This document shows positions 10,617 through 20,054 of a stretch of 64,000 nucleotides of DNA, piece after piece; position 1 is the first letter of the stretch, and each line of letters starts with the position of its first letter. The stretch is from an uncultured delta proteobacterium (GTDB lineage Bacteria; Desulfobacterota; WTBG01; CAIYCZ01; CAIRTM01). A model generated the notes under the pieces. The model was given only the letters and a program-made list of their open reading frames with translations, ran no database searches and was not told where the DNA came from. Where the stretch lies: positions 147 to 64,146 of the forward strand of contig CAWDSQ010000009.1 in the NCBI GenBank assembly GCA_963804955.1, in the 5' to 3' direction. Made by a program: the position numbers and the translations under genes.

Positions 10617-11105
10617 ATGGATGCAAATAAGCTGACACATTTTGACGAGTCCGGACGGTCTCGCATGGTCGATGTAAGCGCCAAGCCCGACACCGAGCGT
10701 GAAGCCACCGCTACGGCCACTGTTTGCATGAAGCGGGAAACCTTCCGCCGGATTATCGACCGCACGATTGAAAAGGGCGATGTGTTCGGCGTGGCGCAGG
10801 TGGCCGGCATTATGGCAGCCAAACGCACGGGGGATTTTATCCCCATGTGCCATCCGCTCAATATTACGTCGATCGTCATGGATTTTTTTCCTCAAGAAGA
10901 ACGAAGCTGCGTCGAGGTTCAGGCAACGGTGCGGCTCGTCGGCAAAACCGGCGTCGAGATGGAGGCGCTCGTTGCGGTTTCGACGGCGGCCCTGACTATC
11001 TATGATATGTGCAAGGCAATTGACCGTGAAATGACCATTACCACTGTACAGCTGCTGAAAAAGAGCGGGGGTAAAAGCGGGGCCTTTGTGCGGGAAGGGC
11101 AGTAG
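10617..11105 (+). CDS. moaC: Cyclic pyranopterin monophosphate synthase MoaC
   Basis: 162 aa. LTHFD...MVDVS...KGDVFGVAQVAGIMAAKRT..IPMCHPL is diagnostic for MoaC. Confidence 0.9.
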   Translation: MDANKLTHFDESGRSRMVDVSAKPDTEREATATATVCMKRETFRRIIDRTIEKGDVFGVAQVAGIMAAKRTGDFIPMCHPLNITSIVMDFFPQEERSCVEVQATVRLVGKTGVEMEALVAVSTAALTIYDMCKAIDREMTITTVQLLKKSGGKSGAFVREGQ

Positions 11106-11179
11106 CATTTTTATTGTGTATTCCTGAAAAATGTTGTGCTACATTTTCATTTAATGATGATGTCAGGAGGGCGGCGGTT

Positions 11180-11542
11180 ATGAATAAGAAACAATTGGAG
11201 TTCTTCAAGGACCTTCTCTATAAAAGATTGGAAGACCTTGCCGGCGGGGCACGGGAAACTGTCGATGAAATGAATGATGAGGATGACACCTTCCCCGATC
11301 CCAATGACCGGGCCACGCTTGAATCTGATCGCAATTTTGTCCTCCGCATACGCGACCGCGAGCGTAAATTGATTGCGAAAATTGAACAGGCTCTTGAACG
11401 CGTCGAAAAAGGCACGTTCGGCATCTGCGATGAATGCGGCGAGGATATTTCCGAAGGCCGGCTCAAGGCGCGGCCCGTGACCACACTGTGCATCAAGTGC
11501 AAGGAGGAGCAGGAGCAGCGGGAAAAGGCGACACAAGGATAA
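11180..11542 (+). CDS. dksA: RNA polymerase-binding transcription factor DksA/TraR family
   Basis: About 120 aa with a coiled-coil N-terminal part and a C4 zinc finger CDECGEDI...CIKC. SD AGGAGG at 11165-11170 supports ATG 11180. Confidence 0.85.
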   Translation: MNKKQLEFFKDLLYKRLEDLAGGARETVDEMNDEDDTFPDPNDRATLESDRNFVLRIRDRERKLIAKIEQALERVEKGTFGICDECGEDISEGRLKARPVTTLCIKCKEEQEQREKATQG

Positions 11543-11553
11543 GCGTGCGTACG

Positions 11554-11575
11554 GCTCCGCTGGCGCGGGGCTTTT
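11554..11575 (+). terminator. Intrinsic terminator after dksA
   Basis: 7-bp GC-rich stem GCTCCGC/GCGGGGC (one G-U pair), 4-nt loop, then TTTT. Confidence 0.5.
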
Positions 11576-11666
11576 AGTCCGGCAGCCCCTCGATGTACGT
11601 CCCCGACGGCCGCCGCAGGCAGCAACAACCCTCCACATATACCCGTGTTGTTGATCGGCGCCATTC

Positions 11667-13833
11667 ATGAAAAAGACCACTTTTATTTTTTGTGTGCATA
11701 ATCATCAGCCTGTGGGCAATATGAGGCAGGTTTTCCGGGATGCCTTCGACCGCGCCTACGAACCCTTTCTTACACTTCTTGAACGCCATCCACGTATAAA
11801 GGCAACGCTTCACTATTCGGGCTCTCTGCTTGAATGGCTGGAAGACCATGAGCCGGGTTTTCTGCAAACACTGCACGGCCTGGCCGAGCGGGGGCAGGTT
11901 GAACTGCTGGGAGGGGCGCTGTATGAACCCATTCTGCCTATGCTGCGCGATATCGATGCGGCAGGCCAGCTGCGCATGCTCAGCGACGAACTGCACAGGC
12001 TGTTTGCCCGCAGTCCCCGTGGCGCCTGGGTTCCGGAACGCGTCTGGGATCCGGTGCTGCCGCGTCTGATCGCCGATGCCGGCCTCTCCTATACCTTTCT
12101 TGACAGCACGCATTTTCTGCATACCGGGCTTTCCCATGAACAGATCTGCGGCTACTATATGACCGAGCGGGAAGGCCGCAGCATAGCCGTTTTCCCCATA
12201 GATATGCAGCTTCGCTATGCCATCCCTTTCCAGCCGCCTGAAAAGACCCTTGACTATCTGCGCTACCGCGCAAGCACGGATGCACCCATAGCCATAACCT
12301 ATGGCGACGACGGCGAAAAGTTCGGCGTCTGGCCGGGCACACACAGCTGGGTCTATGAAAAAGGATGGCTCGAAGCTTTTTTCACCGCTCTGGAAAAAAA
12401 CCGCGATATGATACATATGATGACAGCTTCGGAATACATGGACAAGCATGCGCCGCAGGGATTCATCTATCTGCCGAGCATCACCTATGATGAAATGATG
12501 GAGTGGGCCCTTCCCGCAGACGCAGGCTGCCGCTATAACCACATGCTCGATCAGCTTCAGGGCCTTGGCCTTCGTGAAAAATACAGCTCTTTTATCCGTG
12601 GCGGCCACTGGGCCAACTTTCTCGCTAAATATCCTGAGAGCAACCGCATGCATAAAAAGATGCTGCTCATGAGCGAACGGGTTGAAACATGTGAGCGCGC
12701 GCTCACACCCCCTCTGCCAGCCCCGCTTAACCTGGCGCGCCGTGAGCTCTACCGGGCCCAGTGCAATTGCGCCTACTGGCATGGACTTTTCGGCGGCGTC
12801 TATCTCAATTACCTGCGCCATAGCGTGTATGAGCATCTCATCAATGCCGAAAATCTGCTGGATGCCCATATTCATGGCGCAACCCCCTGGTGCGAGGCTC
12901 GCATCGTTGATCTCATGCGCGACCGTTCGCAGCGCCTTATCATATCGGGCAGCACCTTCACCGCCTGTTTTTCACCCAGGTGAAGGCGGCGCGCTTTTTG
13001 AACTTGATTACCGGCCCTGCTCGTTCAATCTCTGCAACACCTTCACCAGGAAAATGGAGGGGTATCACCGCAGGCTCAAGCATGCGGGCCCCGGCGATAG
13101 CCCGCCAGATGAATCAGGCCCGCCACTGCCCCCCCAGCAGCTGCTCAAAGTCAAAGATGAGGGGCTGCAGGAGCTTCTGGCCTATGACTGGTATGAACGT
13201 TTTTCATTCATTGATCATTTTCTGGCAGAGGCAACAACGGCCGACAGTTTCCGGCAAGCCCGGTATATGGAGCTTGGAGATTTTGTGGGAGCTTCGTACG
13301 CCCTCTCGAACCTTGAAACAGATAAAGACACGCCTTCCGTCCGGTTCACCCTTGCCCGCGATGGAATGCTGCATCAGGATTATGCCCAACTGCCTGTGCG
13401 TCTCGAAAAACGTTTTGCACTTGATAATGCTGCCGGAACCATAACAGCTGAGTATGAACTGACAAATAAAAGCGATCGGGATATGCCTGTCTGGTTTGGT
13501 GTTGAATTTAATATGACCCTGCTTGCAGGTGAAGATTCGCAGCGCTTCTGTCTGGTGGACGGGCAGCAATTCCCCATGAACGCCAGCAAAGACATTGCCG
13601 GTATCACAGCTCTTGCCCTGCGCGATACCTGGAGAGGCCTTTCAGTTGATTTCACATTTGTCCCTGAGGCTGCTCTGTGGTTTTTTCCTATTGAAACCGT
13701 TTCGCAGTCGGAAAACGGTCTTGAAAAAACGTATCAGGGTTCTGCCATACTTGTGCACTGGAAGGGTGTTATTGAAAAAGGAGCAAAGATGCACAAAACC
13801 CTGAGCCTTCATGTGTCAGGCCTGCAGGCGTAG
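11667..13833 (+). pseudogene. Glycoside hydrolase family 57 enzyme (alpha-amylase / 4-alpha-glucanotransferase type with DUF1926-like C-terminal domain); one frameshift as sequenced
   Basis: The N-terminal part (FCVHNHQPVGN..., 438-aa ORF) continues in another frame as GEGGALFELDYRP... (ORF 12682..13833). The frames join at the T5 run 12968-12972. Confidence 0.8.
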
Positions 13834-13981
13834 CGCAGCCATAAGAGACCATTGCCCCAGCACGCCAAAACCAGGATGAGGCAGATTCACCTCCAATCCA
13901 AAGGGTTCTGCATGCAGAGAACCTTTACGCATAAAAAAACGGTATTGGCGTGAACGCCGGTGTTTTCTTAAAAGTATTCCC

Positions 13982-14434
13982 ATGAAAAGAGTATCTTTTT
14001 TTCAAATTTTTTTGTGCGTAACCTTTTTTACCTGCAACCTGTCCGGGTGCGGTCAAAAATCGCCTTCCGCGTGCATCAAAAAAAAAGACGGGGCCGTGGT
14101 CTGTGTTGCCGTGGAGACGATGCGCACACAATCCCAGCGGCAGCTCGGCCTCATGTACCGCCGGCATCTTGCTCATGACGCAGGAATGCTGTTTTTTTTC
14201 GACAGCGAAAAAAAACAGGCTTTCACGATGAAAAACACCTATATTCCCCTCGATATTATCTTTATTGGCCGTGACAGGCGTATTGCCGGATGGGTCGAAA
14301 ACGCTACTCCTCTTACTGACGGCCCGTATGAAATCGACAGGGCCTCGCAATATGTTCTTGAAGTAAACGGATTTTTTTGCAGGGACCACAACATCGCGGT
14401 TGGCGACACCGTGCTGTTCGACACGATGCAGTAG
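13982..14434 (+). CDS. DUF192 domain lipoprotein
   Basis: 150 aa. Lipobox LSGC, and the core MKNTYIPLDIIFI typical of DUF192. Confidence 0.7.
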   Translation: MKRVSFFQIFLCVTFFTCNLSGCGQKSPSACIKKKDGAVVCVAVETMRTQSQRQLGLMYRRHLAHDAGMLFFFDSEKKQAFTMKNTYIPLDIIFIGRDRRIAGWVENATPLTDGPYEIDRASQYVLEVNGFFCRDHNIAVGDTVLFDTMQ

Positions 14435-14539
14435 CCGGTGAAGCCTGCCCCGAAGCAAACTGAGACCGAATGTGATATGTCTCTGTCTCTGCAAGCCCCT
14501 CCCGGCAGACGGTATTATGCCGGGTGATTTAAGGTGAAT

Positions 14540-14577
14540 AAAAAAAGCCGCCGCTAAGAGCTATATTAGCGGCGGCT
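14540..14577 (-). terminator. Intrinsic terminator for the hydrolase gene, placed between convergent genes
   Basis: 12-bp perfect stem AGCCGCCGCTAA / TTAGCGGCGGCT (14546-14557 / 14566-14577). The A7 run on the plus strand gives a U-tract on the minus strand. Confidence 0.6.
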
Positions 14578-14609
14578 ACTGTTATGGCAGGTACATCTAT
14601 TTCAAGGCA

Positions 14610-15461
14610 TTAGGGGGCATCGCTGTCAACAAACAGCACAGTCGGTGTCGTGGTGCTGACGGTAACATTGGCCTTTGACCACGTGCCATAGAATGCAGCG
14701 TTGATGAACTTGTTCACGCTCTTTGCGATATCGGTATAAAAGTAACTCGGAGTATACATGCAGTTGGTGCATGCTGGGCAGCTGCCGTCTGCAAAGCTGC
14801 AATGATAGAATTTGGGTGAATAACCGCAGGGGCCCCATGAATAAATTTTATTTACCCGGTAAAAAGCACGGGGGCCGTCATTATAATAATATGCAGCCTC
14901 AGCAGCATCCGTCATTTCAACAAAGCAGGTGGTTAAGTTAAAGCCCCAGTAGAGGCCGGGCAGATTGACGCGACCGGCGCCGTCAATATTATAGGGGTCG
15001 ATGCTGAACATGCCGTCTGCCAGGCTCGCATCCCCTGATACGGCATTCTGTGCCGCCTGCCCGCCGGCAGAATGTCCGCCAACAATCCAGTGAGCGATGG
15101 CGGTGCAGCCGGTACCTGACAGCCAGCCAAGTATGTTGTTCTGTACTTCAATGGTACAATTTCTGAATTTCCCCGCATCCGTTTTTGTCATACTGCCGGG
15201 CTGATGATCCATAATAACAACAACATAACCATAAGCTATCATCTGATTGGCAAGATTGTCATAGCTGTCGCGCGACATGGCCGTGCCCACGGCCAGTATG
15301 AATGCTTCGCAATTTGCAGGAGATGGGCTTTTGTAGAAGACGCGGACCTGGCCTGTGCCGAGGGTCTTGTCAAAATAGTTGGCCTGCGCGCTGCCGGACA
15401 GCAGCACCATGGACGCGATAAATGCAACAGCAAAAATTTTACTCAGCATCTGTTTCCGCAT
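14610..15461 (-). CDS. Secreted alpha/beta-hydrolase (chlorophyllase / dienelactone-hydrolase / PETase-like serine esterase) with Cys-rich C-terminal half
   Basis: SD GGAGGA then ATG 15461. Signal peptide MRKQMLSKIFAVAFIASMVLLSGSAQA. Nucleophile elbow GGHSAGG. At least 10 Cys in the C-terminal half. Confidence 0.6.
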   Translation of the reverse strand: MRKQMLSKIFAVAFIASMVLLSGSAQANYFDKTLGTGQVRVFYKSPSPANCEAFILAVGTAMSRDSYDNLANQMIAYGYVVVIMDHQPGSMTKTDAGKFRNCTIEVQNNILGWLSGTGCTAIAHWIVGGHSAGGQAAQNAVSGDASLADGMFSIDPYNIDGAGRVNLPGLYWGFNLTTCFVEMTDAAEAAYYYNDGPRAFYRVNKIYSWGPCGYSPKFYHCSFADGSCPACTNCMYTPSYFYTDIAKSVNKFINAAFYGTWSKANVTVSTTTPTVLFVDSDAP

Positions 15462-16097
15462 TACCAATCCTCCTGTCAAATAAGTTTGTTTGTAGTAGGA
15501 TTTTTTTAGACAACCTAAAATAATCTCTGGCTTTGTTTTACTATTTGTTAACAGGTTCTTCAACCATGAAAATAAAGCTATAAAATGCCAGGCAAAAACA
15601 GGTAATTAACTATTTTTAGTTTTATGGATTTTAATAGGTGCATACAAAAGAAAAAGTAAAAAAATCGCTAAAGAAAAATTGTGGGGATGCTTGATCAGAA
15701 GAAAAGGGGCAGTCTTGCGACGCTTAATTCAGCGTTGAACCACATTCTGCAGTTTGGAACGAACAACAATTTTAAAAGATAAAACAACCGGACATCAACT
15801 TTGGAGGAGTTGTATCGCCCTGCCGGCCCCTGGGTTCCATCGGGGCGGCGACACGCAAACAGGTGTTTATTATCACAGTACCCTTCAACAAATAACTGTC
15901 TAATTGAAGGTACAGCTTATTGCCTGCAAACAGCCGGCCGTACCGTTTCATTCATGCATGATGCTTCTGGAGTAATTTCAACAGGAAAAGCTGATGCGGT
16001 TCTGCCACCGGAAAAATCTCAATTTTTCCAGCGGGCAGATTACAAAGAGGCAGAAGGAGGAAATCTTTAAATATTGAGCCTGAAAAACTTCCGGTTA

Positions 16098-16577
16098 TTA
16101 ATATGACTGGCGGAAAATACCGGGTGAGGAGACAATTATCCGGGAACCTATCATATCATGTTGAACACCCAGCACTTCAAAAATAATCAGGTAATCCGAG
16201 CATGCATTTCCTGCCTGATTGTTATCACAGGTATCAAGGGTACCAGTCGTGCTAACCCCATGATATTTAAAAGAGCTAAAACCCTGTTGCTCTATGGTTT
16301 CAGCAAGCGTTGTTCCATGGTGATTGCATAAAGTGCGAAATGTGTCCCAGTCAGGCATATCGTCAGCCATCGGATATCCATTGCCCGGAGAATCAACAGC
16401 ATAGCTTGCCAGTGCGCCCCTAATGGACTCCGTGGTTGACACGCATGATCCGATATGTGCTCTTTTTCTGTACGCTATAAAGTTAGGAACTGCTATTGCC
16501 GCCAGAATGCCTATGATGGCCACGACAATCATAAGTTCTACCAGGGTGAACCCTCGGTTTTTTATTTTAATCAACAT
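16098..16577 (-). CDS. pilA: Type IV pilin (PilA-like)
   Basis: Prepilin leader and cleavage motif MLIKIKNRG/FTLVELMIVVAIIGILAAIAVP. 159 aa. Confidence 0.85.
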   Translation of the reverse strand: MLIKIKNRGFTLVELMIVVAIIGILAAIAVPNFIAYRKRAHIGSCVSTTESIRGALASYAVDSPGNGYPMADDMPDWDTFRTLCNHHGTTLAETIEQQGFSSFKYHGVSTTGTLDTCDNNQAGNACSDYLIIFEVLGVQHDMIGSRIIVSSPGIFRQSY

Positions 16578-16664
16578 GCCGCCCTTTTTTATGATCAGAA
16601 CGCGAAGCTCAATTAGGTTTTTTTGCGATTAGGAATATTTTTAAATTAATACAATTAGTTCATA

Positions 16665-16680
16665 TGCAATAAAAATGCCA
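16665..16680 (-). promoter_or_regulatory. Sigma54 (-24/-12) promoter for pilA
   Basis: The minus strand reads TGGCATTTTTATTGCA. The GG-N10-GC spacing is exact and close to the consensus TGGCAC-N5-TTGCA. It lies about 88 nt upstream of the pilA ATG. Confidence 0.6.
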
Positions 16681-16824
16681 ACTATTTTCTATACAAAAAA
16701 ACATAAAACAGCTAAACAATTAATTGCTAATCTTCCAATAATTGTCAAAAAGAAGGGCCGGGGCCTTTTTTGTTATAACAATTATAAGTTATAAATAAAA
16801 AAACAAAGACAACCGCGGGCGTAT

Positions 16825-17317
16825 TTATGAATCTCTCATCTTGTTGATTATTCCCGTTGTCGATGCTCCGTCCATAAGTGGAATGGCAAATACAGTACCT
16901 CCGGCAGTCTCCACAATATCGCGGCCGATGATGGTGTCAGGTGTCCAGTCGCCACCCTTAATCAGCACATCGGGAACAAGCCGGGTGATGACCAGCAGCG
17001 GGTCAAGCTCGTCAAAAATCAACCACATAGTCAACCGCTTCAAGGGCCGCCACTACCTCGGCGCGCTGCTCCTGAGCAACGATAGGCCGCTCAGGGCCCT
17101 TAAGTTTCTTGACGGAGGCATCGCTGTTGAGCCCGACGACAAGCACATCGCCTGCCTGGCGGCACTGCTCAAGAAGCTTGACATGACCTGAGTGCAGAAT
17201 ATCAAAGCAGCCATTGGTGAAAACTACCAAGCTTCTGCGGGATTTTGCCTGCTGTACAATCGGCGTTAACTCATCAAGGGTTTTTATTTTATCCTTTAAT
17301 CTTCTTGGCTGATGCAC
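16825..17317 (-). pseudogene. Cytidylyltransferase-fold D-glycero-beta-D-manno-heptose 1-phosphate adenylyltransferase-like protein (RfaE domain II / HldC-like); one frameshift as sequenced
   Basis: TNGCFDILHSGH (HxGH motif) in the 101-aa ORF. It continues as ...IFDELDPLLVITRLVPDVLIKGGDW... in the 72-aa ORF. The frames join near 17015-17030. Confidence 0.7.
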
Positions 17318-19120
17318 CTGAGCACCTCGGTATAGGTTGTTCTGCCCTTGAGTATTTTGGCGGCGGCATTATCCCGCAGCGGTCTCATGCCCTGCCGGCA
17401 GGCTGTTTTTTTAATGACCTCCGCAGGCGCCCCCTCGTTTATTAGTTTTTTTATCTCCTCGGTCATCCGCAGCACCTCAAAAACGCCCTCGCGTCCCTGA
17501 TATCCCGTGGTTCGGCAGTGGCGGCAGCCCGCACCCCTTTTGAGTTCCACGGTTTCTTCGTCGCTATCATCAGACAACCCGATGCCCAAACGCTTCAGAT
17601 CATTGCTGCTCAGGGTAAAAGTTTCCTGGCAGTGGGGGCAGATGATGCGCACCAACCGCTGGGCGATGACGCCAAGCATGGTTGAGCTTATCAAAAACGG
17701 CTCTACGCCCAGGTCGACCAGGCGGGTGAAGGCTGAGGCTGCGTCATTTGTATGCAAGGTGCTGAGCACCAGATGGCCCGTCAAAGCGGCCTGAATGGCG
17801 TTTTTGGCCGTTTCCCGATCGCGAATTTCACCGATCATGATAATGTCCGGATCCTGGCGGAGAATATTGCGGAGGATTGATGAAAAAGTAATGTCGATCG
17901 ACGGCTGAACGGCGATCTGGTTGTATTCTTCGCAAACCATTTCAATCGGGTCTTCAACCGTGGTGATGTTTTTATCCGGGCTTGCCAGGGATTTCAGGGA
18001 GGAATACAGCGTGGTGGTCTTGCCGCTGCCCGTGGGGCCGGTTACAAGAATGATGCCGTGGGGCTTTTCGAGGCACTCCCGGTAGTGAATCAGATCGCTT
18101 GCGGTAAAACCGAGGTTTTCAAGGTCCTGAAACAAAACTTCGGGGTTTAAAACGCGCAAAACCGCCTTCTCGCCGAAAGCGACCGGAACGGTCGACACCC
18201 GGATCTCCACATCGCGGTTTTTGTCCTTGAGCTTAATCCGGCCGTCCTGCGGCCGGCGCCTCTCCGCGATATTGAGCCGGGAAATGGATTTGATGCGCGA
18301 CACCACCGCATTATGCACAACCAGGGGCATCGTGTAGGTTACGTAGAGCACGCCGTCGATCCGCAGCCGCACGATAGCCTTGTCACGCTTGGGTTCAAGG
18401 TGAATATCGCTTGCGCGCTGCTCAAAAGCATACCGAAAAAGATAATCGACGGCGTTTTGAATATACTTATCAGTCGATTCTATTTCGGTGACTGTTCCAA
18501 GCTTTGAATACTGCTCGAAGTTGCCGATGTCGATAAACGCTGAGCCAAGCTCGCGCTCAGCCATGATGATTGATTTTTTGAATCCGTAAAATTCCCGGAT
18601 GAGCTTGATGATATCGGATTTTGTGCTCATCACCGGCGTTACCCGCAATTTTTGCACCTGGCGCAGGTCATCAAGAACCTCACTGGTTGAACGGATCGAT
18701 CATGGCGACCTTCAACTCGCCGTTTTCAATTGCTACCGGGACGGCCAGGTTTTTGATGGCAAAGGCCTTTGAAATCGTGCGGGTTACCACTTCAAGATCG
18801 AGCTCCAGCGGGTCGATTTTTTTGAAGGCGATGCCCAGGGCGGCCGCCACCTCCATCATAACGGTCTCTTCGGTTATACAGCCCTTGCCCGTCTTTTGAT
18901 CCAGAAGATTGAGAGAGGAGATAATGTCGGCAGGTACGATGACAAAATTTTCGCCCGGACTGCGCAGTGTCTGAAGTTTGAGCAGCTTTTCCGTCTGTTC
19001 ATGCTGCTTTTCAAGGACCATCGCTTTCTGCTCGGGAGTAATTACCCCGCGCTTGAGCAGCAGCTCACAGACATCCTTGAGATCCAGGCTGTGCCGTCGG
19101 TGTTTTTCTAAGGCAGACAT
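17296..19120 (-). pseudogene. Second GspE/PilB-family secretion ATPase; one frameshift as sequenced
   Basis: The 146-aa ORF is a T2SSE_N domain ending ...VAMIDPFNQ. The 453-aa ORF carries Walker A GPTGSGKTT, DPDIIMIGEIRD, TGHLVLSTLHTN and CPHC...CRHC. The frames join at about 18675-18685. Confidence 0.8.
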
Positions 19121-19173
19121 GTTTTTACCTATGCAGTATGGCTGACAGGAATGTGCCGCTTGACCCCCACCGC

Positions 19174-19849
19174 CTACTGCTGCGCCTGCGGCGGCTCAAA
19201 AACTTCAACCCCCGGCGGCGGGGTGAATTCAAAGGTCGCATCCGGAATGTTTTTGTCTGTCGCGATATTGGAAAAAACCAGAATGGTCTTCGTGCCGAAT
19301 TCATCTTCAAGGCAGGAGCGCATGATGTAAAATTTTTCCGGGTCCACCCAAACGGTGAGCTTTTTTACCGTTGGGTCATATACCAGGGGAATAAGTTCAA
19401 GCGAGATTTCCTTCCGGCTGTTTTTCATCTCCTCCTGAATGAATGAAACCTTGAACTTTTCCTGAATGGCGATTTTGCCGCGAAACAGGTCGACTACGAT
19501 GTGCTGAGGAATGGTGGAAAAATTATTTTTCATGACCTGCTTGTCCTCAGGCACATAAAACCAGAGGGTCTTGCCGTCGAGAATTATTTTTTGAGCCTGG
19601 GGGGTTTTGTATTCCCAGAGCATCTTGCCCGGTTTTTTAAACCAGACCGCACCTGAGCCTTTTTCCATCCGTTTTATCGATGCCAGATGTGTTTCCTGTT
19701 CAAAGTCGGCACGAAAATCCTTCATGGTTCCATACTGCTTTTCAAGGTTCTTTACGCAGCGGTCGATTTCGCTCTGGGCGGCGAAAGACGGCGCAGCAGA
19801 GCAGCAGCACCATGAGGGCGGTAACCAGTATATTTATTTTCATGCGCAT
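19174..19849 (-). pseudogene. lolA: Outer-membrane lipoprotein carrier LolA-like protein; one frameshift as sequenced
   Basis: A signal peptide MKINILVTALMVLLLCCAVF (60-aa ORF) joins ...AAQSEIDRCVKNLEKQYGTMKDFRADFEQ... of the 183-aa ORF if one T of the run at 19784-19786 (minus strand) is removed. Confidence 0.7.
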
Positions 19850-20054
19850 AGACCTTTCATAGTAAGATATTTGGGTTTCAGAGATTATTATTACCTCCAA
19901 TCCCTCAATAGTCGAATTCCTCAAAATTTTTAACTGACCCCTGACCTCTGAACCCCGCCCCCTGGCAGGGCGTTGAAAAAGTTAATTAATTTATACACAG
20001 GCTGTTGAAAATGCTCAGATGCAACGCAGCAGATGGGCGTTTTTCAACAGCCTG

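Noticed and set aside
11574-12875. 433-aa ORF antisense to the GH57 gene
   Set aside because: Its translation is Ala/Arg/Gly-rich with no recognisable motifs. It lies opposite a gene with clear family motifs, so it is a typical shadow ORF of GC-rich coding DNA.
15801-16070. 89-aa ORF in the AT-rich spacer between the hydrolase gene and pilA
   Set aside because: It has no SD, atypical composition and no motifs. It is probably non-coding promoter or leader DNA.
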